A stretch of 64,000 nucleotides of DNA. It comes from a virus. Taxonomy: Duplodnaviria; Caudoviricetes. The translations under genes and the position numbers were made by a program. Under the pieces are notes generated by a model, which was not told where the DNA came from, did not search any database, and saw only the letters and a program-made list of their open reading frames with translations. Shown here piece after piece: positions 9,116 to 16,403 of the stretch. The stretch is from positions 6,089 through 70,088 of IMG/VR virus record IMGVR_UViG_3300042366_000810; one strand, given 5' to 3'. How positions within the stretch are numbered: the stretch's first letter is position 1; each line of letters opens with the position of its first letter.

Positions 9116-10342
9116 ATGGCAACATCTAAAAGAAAAGGTGTAAAGTCTTCCGCACAGGATAACTTTATTGGACCAAATAATGTAACTGGAGTTACTTCTA
9201 CAAATGTAGGATCTGGACGTGCATTTAATAATGGACGTATAGACGTATCCTGGACTAATCCAACTACTGGAAATACTCCTACTGGGTATAAAGTTTATGA
9301 TGGATCTACATTAGTAGCAACCATTTCTCATCCAACTAATACAGCAACAATCACTGGATTATCAAGCAACACTGCTTATACATATACTGTTAAAGCATAC
9401 GATTCATATGGAGAAGCATCTGGAGAAAGCGCTTCTGCTGTTACTGCTACAACAGTTCCAGAGACCCCTTCTGCCCCTACTGCAACTGCACAAGGTTCAG
9501 CAGCAACAGATGATGTTTCTTGGTCAGCCCCAGCAAGTGGTGGTTCAGCAATCACTAGTTATGATTGGGAATCAAACGACGGTAAATCTGGAAACACTGC
9601 TTCAACATCAGTATCTGTTGGACAAGAAGCAGGAACTTCTCAATCATACAGAGTTAGAGCAAAAAATGCTAATGGCGATTCAGAATGGTCTAGTTATTCT
9701 AGTCAAATTACTTCATTTTCATTTACACCGTTTGGATTTACACCATTTGGTGCTTTTAGTTTTACCCCGTTTTCAGCCTTTGGCTTTACGCCATTCGGAG
9801 CCTTTGGTTTCGTAAGTTTTGGTTTTACACCATTTGGTGCATTTGGATTCTTAAACTTTGGTTTCAGCCCATCTCAATGTGTTCACGAAGATACATTAAT
9901 TAAAACTCCTAATGGCTTAATAGCAGCAAAAGACATTAAGGTTGGAGATACAGTTTATACATTAGGATTAGATGAAGTTGATTCAGAAAATCCATTTACT
10001 TTAAATTCTAGTTCATTAACTTCAACTGGAATTATAGAAGCAGAAATTCAAAATATAGAAGCATCTCAAAAAGACGTAGTTGTATGGTTTAATGGCGATG
10101 ATTCCGCTAAATTCTCTCAAGAACAACCTATGTTTGTTAAGAGAGATGGACAGTATCAAATCCTAACCTCTGGCTTAGTAGACGTAAATGACTATTTAAT
10201 TAAAATAGGATCAGAAGGAGAAATATTAGAAACTTTAGTTACTAGTGTTGATTCTCAAGAGGGTGAATTTAATGTTTATTCATTCGCCACTGGTCCAAAA
10301 TCTTGGTATATTGCTGGAGATTATCTAGTTCATATTAAGTAA
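9116..10342 (+). CDS. Two fibronectin-III domains + Phe-rich repeat + C-terminal Hint domain; probable virion protein
   Basis: Fn3 signatures (VSWTNP..GY.V..ITGL..YTYTVKAY; VSWSAP..Y..YRVRAKN); 52-aa repeat; CVHEDTLIKTPNG..KDIKVGD..YIAGDYLVH Hint signature. Confidence 0.8.
   Translation: MATSKRKGVKSSAQDNFIGPNNVTGVTSTNVGSGRAFNNGRIDVSWTNPTTGNTPTGYKVYDGSTLVATISHPTNTATITGLSSNTAYTYTVKAYDSYGEASGESASAVTATTVPETPSAPTATAQGSAATDDVSWSAPASGGSAITSYDWESNDGKSGNTASTSVSVGQEAGTSQSYRVRAKNANGDSEWSSYSSQITSFSFTPFGFTPFGAFSFTPFSAFGFTPFGAFGFVSFGFTPFGAFGFLNFGFSPSQCVHEDTLIKTPNGLIAAKDIKVGDTVYTLGLDEVDSENPFTLNSSSLTSTGIIEAEIQNIEASQKDVVVWFNGDDSAKFSQEQPMFVKRDGQYQILTSGLVDVNDYLIKIGSEGEILETLVTSVDSQEGEFNVYSFATGPKSWYIAGDYLVHIK
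9716..9871 (+). repeat. 52-aa Phe/Gly/Thr/Pro low-complexity tandem repeat (20 Phe; 5x FTP, 1x FSP)
   Basis: FSFTP FGFTP FGAFSFTP FSAFGFTP FGAFGFVS FGFTP FGAFGFLN FGFSP. Synonymous codons vary between units, so the repeat is conserved at protein level. Confidence 0.95.
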
Positions 10343-10354
10343 TATTTTTCTCTA

Positions 10355-10363
10355 TGGTATACT
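10355..10363 (+). promoter_or_regulatory. Extended -10 TGGTATACT upstream of the oxygenase triplet
   Basis: Followed by RBS aaagga and ATG 10384. Confidence 0.5.
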
Positions 10364-10383
10364 GATAGTAGAAAGGAATACCA

Positions 10384-11028
10384 ATGGAATATATACCACC
10401 CAAAAATAGTACTAGTACGTCAAAAATAGCACATAAATTTTTTGAAAGAAATTTAAATAATAATTTAGATGATTTGGCAAATTTTTTGCATGTTCAATAT
10501 AAAAGAATAGAACAAGGTGAAATATTAAAAAACGATAAAAATGAAAAATCTATTTGGGATTCATCTGGTAGTGTTACGACCTCAAAATGGAATAAATATA
10601 ATGTTTTTCAATTTTATCATCCAGCAATTCACAATTTGTTTAGAGCAGTAAGATCTATGACTCTCGAGGCATGTAATCATTATAATATTGATTTTGATAA
10701 AGAACAATTTTGGGTTCAAGGTTGGTTTAATATAAATTATAATCATATTGGTAAATTAGATTGGCATGAACACGGAGGAAATGGTGCACCATGGTTTCAT
10801 GGATATTATGCAGTTAAAGCAGAACCATCAATTACACACTATAAAGTTTTTGAAAATGAAATAGAAAATATTAATAAAAATAATAGAGCAATTCTTTCAG
10901 AAACTGGCCACCCACATGCAATGGGAGATTGGGACTGGGATGGACCAAGAATAACCATTGCTTACGATGTAATTCCATTTAGAGGCGTTATGCACAATTG
11001 GGAGCAACATTGGATACCTCTAGCATAA
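10384..11028 (+). CDS. Putative non-heme Fe(II)/2OG oxygenase (double-stranded beta-helix), paralogue 1
   Basis: WFN..WHEH..FHGYY.V..GHPH..RITIAYD: HxH...H facial triad plus distal Arg. Confidence 0.65.
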   Translation: MEYIPPKNSTSTSKIAHKFFERNLNNNLDDLANFLHVQYKRIEQGEILKNDKNEKSIWDSSGSVTTSKWNKYNVFQFYHPAIHNLFRAVRSMTLEACNHYNIDFDKEQFWVQGWFNINYNHIGKLDWHEHGGNGAPWFHGYYAVKAEPSITHYKVFENEIENINKNNRAILSETGHPHAMGDWDWDGPRITIAYDVIPFRGVMHNWEQHWIPLA

Positions 11029-11669
11029 AAAAACCACATAAGTTTTTTGATAGATTTTTAAATAATGACTTAAATGATTTATACAATTATTTAACCAATA
11101 TACATAAAGAGATTTTATATAAAAATATTTTTAACGTGCCAGAAAATGAACTAAAAAAATTTAACGAATTAAGTGCAGCGCCAACCAAGTTGAATCAGTA
11201 TTACAATATATTTAGTTTTAATCATAATAGTATTAAAAATTTACAAAATACTTTAAAAGATATGACTATAGAAGCATGTGAATATTATGAATATAATTTT
11301 GACGAACAAGATTATGTTATTTCGGGGTGGTTTAATTTAGATTATCAAAGTCAACAAGGAGAAGTCTCTCCTATCAATAAACCAGAATTCTTTCACGATC
11401 ATTCTGAAGGAAGTGGAATGCCAGTTTTACATGGATACTATTGTGTAAATGCAGAACCGTCGTCAACATTTTATAAAATTGATAAAAACGAAAAAAATAT
11501 TTTTGAAAATATAAACAAAAATAATCGTGCAATCTTATCTGAAACTGGTCATCCCCATGGAAGAGATGATTGGCATTTAGATAAACCAAGAATAACAATT
11601 GCATATGATATTGTTCCAATAAAATATTTTGAAAAAAAAGAAAAGGGGTATATGTGGATCAGATTATAA
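10998..11669 (+). CDS. Putative Fe(II)/2OG oxygenase, paralogue 2
   Basis: GWFN..FHDH..LHGYYCVNAEPS..AILSETGHPH..PRITIAYD; clearly paralogous to 10384. Start may be TTG near 11010. Confidence 0.65.
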   Translation: MGATLDTSSIKKPHKFFDRFLNNDLNDLYNYLTNIHKEILYKNIFNVPENELKKFNELSAAPTKLNQYYNIFSFNHNSIKNLQNTLKDMTIEACEYYEYNFDEQDYVISGWFNLDYQSQQGEVSPINKPEFFHDHSEGSGMPVLHGYYCVNAEPSSTFYKIDKNEKNIFENINKNNRAILSETGHPHGRDDWHLDKPRITIAYDIVPIKYFEKKEKGYMWIRL

Positions 11670-12376
11670 ATAAACCACATAAATTTTTTAAAAAAAATGT
11701 TAACAATAATTTAACAGACATGTTGGTTTTTTCTAAAGAGGTTAATGATATTGTTACAAGCAATACTGGCTATGACTTAAAAAATACATTTTTAGATACT
11801 AGTAAAAGAAATACACATGATACTGTAATGGATTCATGGCACATTACATATAATATTTTTGAGTATGAAAATGAGGGTATTAAAAATATAAAATCAACAA
11901 TTAAAGAATTAGTCATTGAAGCATGCGAATATTATGGTATTGATGCAAAAGAACAACAATATATGTTAAAAGGTCATTTAAACTATTATGCAGGACCTAA
12001 ATTAGTTAATTTTAAAAATGCTGTGTGGGATAATCATGGTAATGATCCTTTAGAGTTTCATGGCTATTATTGTATTAATGCAGAGCCATCAATAACGTAT
12101 TATTTAATCAATGACGATGTAGTGGAAAATGAAAATAAAAATAATATAGCGCTTTTATCTCAAAATGGTTATCACCATATTGTAGGAAATTGGTTATCTG
12201 AAGATGTTAGAGTAACTATTGGGTATAATGTATTTCCATTAAATAAAATTCCAAAAAATATAAAGGACATCCCCGCTGGGTCAAAAATTTATGGCTGGGA
12301 TCCACATAAACGTGAATATGCATCAACAATAATTGATAGAGATTTAACTTTTGGTCAATGGATTCCTTTAATATAA
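11654..12376 (+). CDS. Putative Fe(II)/2OG oxygenase, paralogue 3 (more divergent)
   Basis: KPHKFF N-terminus; WDNH..FHGYYCINAEPS..GYHH..RVTIGYN. Confidence 0.6.
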   Translation: MDQIINKPHKFFKKNVNNNLTDMLVFSKEVNDIVTSNTGYDLKNTFLDTSKRNTHDTVMDSWHITYNIFEYENEGIKNIKSTIKELVIEACEYYGIDAKEQQYMLKGHLNYYAGPKLVNFKNAVWDNHGNDPLEFHGYYCINAEPSITYYLINDDVVENENKNNIALLSQNGYHHIVGNWLSEDVRVTIGYNVFPLNKIPKNIKDIPAGSKIYGWDPHKREYASTIIDRDLTFGQWIPLI

Positions 12377-12407
12377 AATTAGATATTTATAAAGAAAGGA
12401 CTTTGTT

Positions 12408-12536
12408 ATGAAAAACTTTTATTGTTTTTTATTGGGTCATAAAAAAGAAAATATAGAATGTCCTTATACAAAAATAGTGTATACTATATGTGTTAGGTGT
12501 AAACCAAAACATAGAACAGTTCTAAGATTTCAATAA
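12408..12536 (+). CDS. 42-aa Cys/His-rich small protein (possible Zn finger)
   Basis: MKNFYCFLLGHKKENIECPYTKIVYTICVRCKPKHRTVLRFQ*; RBS aaagga; below the ORF-track length cutoff. Confidence 0.6.
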   Translation: MKNFYCFLLGHKKENIECPYTKIVYTICVRCKPKHRTVLRFQ

Positions 12537-12581
12537 CTCTCTACCTTAACTTGATATAGAGTTTTATTTTTTTGAAAACTC

Positions 12582-12590
12582 TGCTATAAT
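12582..12590 (+). promoter_or_regulatory. Extended -10 TGCTATAAT upstream of nrdJ
   Basis: Followed by RBS aggag and ATG 12622. Confidence 0.6.
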
Positions 12591-12621
12591 TGCTTTACCA
12601 AAATAATAGGAGATTATACGT

Positions 12622-14667
12622 ATGTCAGACTTTTTTTCTTTTAAATTATCATCAGACTTTGTGGACAGTTATAAAAAAACAGAATCTCCCTTTGGATTTC
12701 GTGATGCTGCTACTAACTCTCTAGGAGAGGTTACCTTTATTCGTACATATTCTCGTATGAAAGAAGATGGAACAAAAGAAAGATGGTATGAAGTTTGTAA
12801 GCGTGTAATTGAGGGTATGTATTCTGTTCAAAAAAACCATGCTAAAGAAAATCGTTTACCATGGAATGACTATAAGGCTCAGAAGTCTGCACAAGAAGCA
12901 TTTGATCGTTTATTTAATTTAAAGTGGACCCCTCCTGGTAGAGGTTTGTGGGCTTTTGGAACTCCCATGACCATGGAAAAAAGAAACTCTGCCTCTTTAC
13001 AAAATTGTGCGATGGTATCTACTCATGATATTGATCGTAATGATCCAGGTGCATTGTTTGCATGGGTCATGGATGCATTAATGTTGGGTATTGGTGTAGG
13101 ATTTGATACTTTAGGACAAGAAAAAGAAATGTTAATTTATTCACCAACAGAGCCACCATCTATATATAAAATTCCAGATACTCGAGAGGGTTGGGTAGAA
13201 TCTGTTAGATTATTGATTAATTCATTTCTTAGAGCAAATCAATCAATACAAGAGTTTAATTATGACCTAATAAGGCCTCTAGGAGCCCCAATAAAGGGCT
13301 TTGGAGGAGTCGCTAGTGGTCCAGAGCCATTAAAAGATTTACATAGCCGTATACGCAATGTAATAGGTTCTAGAGCAGGAGATATTTTAGATAGTAGAGC
13401 AATTGTAGACATTATAAATCTTATTGGTACATGTGTTGTTGCTGGCAATGTTCGTCGTTCCGCTACCCTTGCATTAGGAACTGCAGGAGATGATATTTTT
13501 ATCAATTTAAAAAATCCAGAAGTATTTTCAGAAAGAAACTCTTATGATCCAGCAAAACCAGGTTGGGCTTGGATGTCAAATAATTCTATTGATGCAAAAG
13601 TTGGAACAAAATACGAAGATTATGTTGATTTAATTTCAAACAATGGGGAGCCAGGCTTTATTTGGCTTGATGTTGCTCGTAATTATGGACGCTTAGCAGA
13701 TCCCGCTGATGGAAAAGATTATCGTGTTATGGGATTTAATCCATGTGCAGAACAACCATTGGAATCTTATGAACTTTGTACATTAGTAGAAGTTCATTTA
13801 AATCGTCATGAAGATAAAGAAGATTTTTTACGTACACTAAAATTTGCTTATTTATATGGAAAGGCAGTTACACTTCTTCCAACACACTGGCAAACAACAA
13901 ATGGAATTATGCAGCGTAATCGTCGTATTGGAACATCATTAACAGGTATTGCATCATTCGCTGACACTAAAGGAATGCCAGCATTGCGTGAATGGATGGA
14001 TGAAGGATATAATAAAATTCGTCAATACGATCATTCATATTCAGAATGGCTATGTGTACGTGAATCAATTCGTGTAACAACTGTAAAACCTTCTGGATCT
14101 GTTTCGTTGTTATCTGGAGCAACTCCTGGAGTTCATTGGGGGCCTGGAGGTCCATTTTATTTACGTGCTGTTAGATTTGGAAATACAGATCCAATGCTTC
14201 ATTTATTTAAAGCAGCGGGATATAAGATTGAAGCAGATCTAGTATCAGCAAATACTTCAGTAGTATATTTCCCAATAGCATCTGGGCATCCACGATCTGA
14301 AAAAGATGTAAGTCTTTTTGAAAAAATTGGTTTGGCAGCAACTGCTCAAAAATATTGGTCAGATAATGGAGTTTCTGTAACATTGTCATTTAATAAAGAG
14401 GCTGAGACTAAATTTGTTGCTCCAGCATTACAAATGTATGAAGGACAACTTAAGGCAGTATCTTTCTTGCCTATGGGCAATGAGGTTTATCCACAACAAC
14501 CATATAACGAAATAAGTAAAGAAGAGTATGAATCTTATGTTGGTAAAATTGCAAAGATTGATTGGTCTGCAATTTATGATGGAGTGGATAATTTAGAGGC
14601 TCAAGGAGAGATGTATTGCACTACAGATTATTGTGAAATTAAAACAGTAAAGGAAAATAGCAAATGA
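12622..14667 (+). CDS. nrdJ: Class II (adenosylcobalamin-dependent) ribonucleotide reductase, monomeric type
   Basis: RTYSR, PPGRGLW, LQNC, NPCAEQPL..ELC.L.E (N-x-C-x-E), TTVKPSGS.SLL, C-terminal C-x4-C; no intein. Confidence 0.95.
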   Translation: MSDFFSFKLSSDFVDSYKKTESPFGFRDAATNSLGEVTFIRTYSRMKEDGTKERWYEVCKRVIEGMYSVQKNHAKENRLPWNDYKAQKSAQEAFDRLFNLKWTPPGRGLWAFGTPMTMEKRNSASLQNCAMVSTHDIDRNDPGALFAWVMDALMLGIGVGFDTLGQEKEMLIYSPTEPPSIYKIPDTREGWVESVRLLINSFLRANQSIQEFNYDLIRPLGAPIKGFGGVASGPEPLKDLHSRIRNVIGSRAGDILDSRAIVDIINLIGTCVVAGNVRRSATLALGTAGDDIFINLKNPEVFSERNSYDPAKPGWAWMSNNSIDAKVGTKYEDYVDLISNNGEPGFIWLDVARNYGRLADPADGKDYRVMGFNPCAEQPLESYELCTLVEVHLNRHEDKEDFLRTLKFAYLYGKAVTLLPTHWQTTNGIMQRNRRIGTSLTGIASFADTKGMPALREWMDEGYNKIRQYDHSYSEWLCVRESIRVTTVKPSGSVSLLSGATPGVHWGPGGPFYLRAVRFGNTDPMLHLFKAAGYKIEADLVSANTSVVYFPIASGHPRSEKDVSLFEKIGLAATAQKYWSDNGVSVTLSFNKEAETKFVAPALQMYEGQLKAVSFLPMGNEVYPQQPYNEISKEEYESYVGKIAKIDWSAIYDGVDNLEAQGEMYCTTDYCEIKTVKENSK

Positions 14668-15116
14668 AAAGAATATTGATATCAGCAGCAATTTTTTTAT
14701 TAGTTTTTGCTGGTTTACAAAGTATAACTAAATCAAATAATGATTGTGTTAATCTTTATATTGATTACAGTGTATTAAATAATCAAACAAAAATAACAAA
14801 ATGTATAGAAGCGTCTAAAGATACAACTGCATTAGATATTTTAAGAAAGGCTAATCTTAAGATAGAAGGAACTAAAAAGTATGGACTTAGCGTGGTATGT
14901 AGAGTTAATGGGCTTCCAAATCAAATAATGGAATCATGTGAAACAATGCCACCAGAAAATGCATACTGGGCACTTATAGTTAAAGAAAAACAAAAAGTTC
15001 CTTTTCCAACTAGTGAATGGGGTTGGGGACAATTAGCAGTTGATCAACAGTTGTTAAGTCCAGGAGATTCTATTGGATTAGTTTGGGCCAATAATGGAAA
15101 GGTTATATTTCCATGA
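14664..15116 (+). CDS. Exported beta-grasp protein resembling DUF4430 / transcobalamin C-terminal domain (putative B12-binding)
   Basis: Signal or anchor N-terminus; TALDILRKA..IEGTKKYG..VCRVNGLP..C..MPP..AYW..W.W..PGDSIG pattern; four Cys; ATGA overlap with nrdJ. Confidence 0.6.
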   Translation: MKRILISAAIFLLVFAGLQSITKSNNDCVNLYIDYSVLNNQTKITKCIEASKDTTALDILRKANLKIEGTKKYGLSVVCRVNGLPNQIMESCETMPPENAYWALIVKEKQKVPFPTSEWGWGQLAVDQQLLSPGDSIGLVWANNGKVIFP

Positions 15117-15277
15117 AATTAGCATACAAAACATTAGATAACGTTATAGAGTTTCCACTACAAAAACACAAGCCTAAAGCCATACAATATATTTTTCAAT
15201 TAGTTATAAATTTATCTGCACTTTATATGGCTAATAAATTTACAGTTGATATTTGGCGTTCTTTGACGGGACACTAA
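15113..15277 (+). CDS. 54-aa small protein with one hydrophobic segment
   Basis: MKLAYKTLDNVIEFPLQKHKPKAIQYIFQLVINLSALYMANKFTVDIWRSLTGH*; ATGA overlap upstream and TAATG overlap with pduO. Not in the ORF track. Confidence 0.7.
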   Translation: MKLAYKTLDNVIEFPLQKHKPKAIQYIFQLVINLSALYMANKFTVDIWRSLTGH

Positions 15278-15771
15278 TGGTTCACTTAACTCGTATATAT
15301 ACAAAAACTGGTGATGATGGAAAAACTTCTACTGCTACAAATGAAAGAATAGATAAAAGTAGCACTTTAATTGAAGCAATTGGTGCAGTAGATGAAGCCA
15401 ATTCTGCTATTGGAATGGCAACAGAATATCATAATGATATTATAGATAGAATACAAAGTGATTTGTTCGACCTTGGAGCAGAACTTTCTGGTGCTTCAAC
15501 AATAACAATATCTGAAGAAAGAATTACTTATTTAGAAAATGTTATTGATGACTATAATGAATTTTTAGAGCCACTACATTCTTTTGTTCTACCTACAGGT
15601 CCTCTTCATAATGCAAGAACAATAGTTAGAAGAGCAGAGCGAGAGGTTTGGAAAGTAGAAGGGTTAAATATAAACATTGCAAAATATTTAAATCGACTTT
15701 CAGACTTATTGTTTGTTATGGCAAGATATCATAATAAAGGTAATGAAAAATTATGGATTCCCAGAAATTAA
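15277..15771 (+). CDS. pduO: ATP:cob(I)alamin adenosyltransferase, PduO type
   Basis: RIYTKTGDDGKT, GAVDEANSAIG, ARTIVRRAER, YLNRLSDLLFVMAR. Start set at ATG 15277. Confidence 0.93.
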   Translation: MVHLTRIYTKTGDDGKTSTATNERIDKSSTLIEAIGAVDEANSAIGMATEYHNDIIDRIQSDLFDLGAELSGASTITISEERITYLENVIDDYNEFLEPLHSFVLPTGPLHNARTIVRRAEREVWKVEGLNINIAKYLNRLSDLLFVMARYHNKGNEKLWIPRN

Positions 15772-15783
15772 TGAAAGGAAAAT

Positions 15784-16383
15784 ATGAAATATCAAATAAT
15801 TAATGTTGCAACCAAAGAAGATTTAGAACTAATTAATAATTTTGTTAATACTATAAAATTTAATACCAAAGAAGACCATATTCCTCTTCATGATCCATTA
15901 TTTAGTAATCCTAATGTTAATTTTGACATAACTACTTATGGAGATATGCCAAGAGAAGTCGTTTCAATATTTGAAAAATATTGTGAGGCAATTAAAGATG
16001 CTGTAACAAAAATCACTAATATAGAGTACGACCCTCCTATATTGGGTAAAAGTTATATAATGAGGTATTCTCCTGGAACTAGTATTGGCATGCATTATTC
16101 AAGCAATAGGCCAAATAATACTTTTAGATCTATAGTAAAATGGAACGATAATCATGAAGGTGGCGTTCTTAAATTTAAAAATTATAAAGTTAATAAAAAT
16201 TTAATTGCTGGAGATTGTATCATTTTCCCTGAAAATGAAGACTTTATGATAGAGGTAACAAAGATAGAAAAAAACAACATGTTTATATCGGATTTTTGGA
16301 ATGCTCCAGTTGGCCAATCCCCATATCCAGGGTTAAAGTATGAAGAAATTTATTGGGGAAATCCTCTTTGGGAAAATCTTTAA
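15784..16383 (+). CDS. Prolyl-4-hydroxylase-like 2OG-Fe(II) oxygenase fold with degenerate metal ligands
   Basis: Y.PG..IGMHYS..IVKWNDNHEGG.L.F..GD.IIFP; the HxD Asp and the distal His appear replaced. Confidence 0.55.
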   Translation: MKYQIINVATKEDLELINNFVNTIKFNTKEDHIPLHDPLFSNPNVNFDITTYGDMPREVVSIFEKYCEAIKDAVTKITNIEYDPPILGKSYIMRYSPGTSIGMHYSSNRPNNTFRSIVKWNDNHEGGVLKFKNYKVNKNLIAGDCIIFPENEDFMIEVTKIEKNNMFISDFWNAPVGQSPYPGLKYEEIYWGNPLWENL

Positions 16384-16403
16384 TATGATAAAATAGACTT
16401 TAT

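Noticed and set aside
12377-12621. Cobalamin riboswitch upstream of nrdJ
   Set aside because: The region is AT-rich, contains a small ORF, lacks B12-box motifs, and the predicted leader is only about 25 nt.
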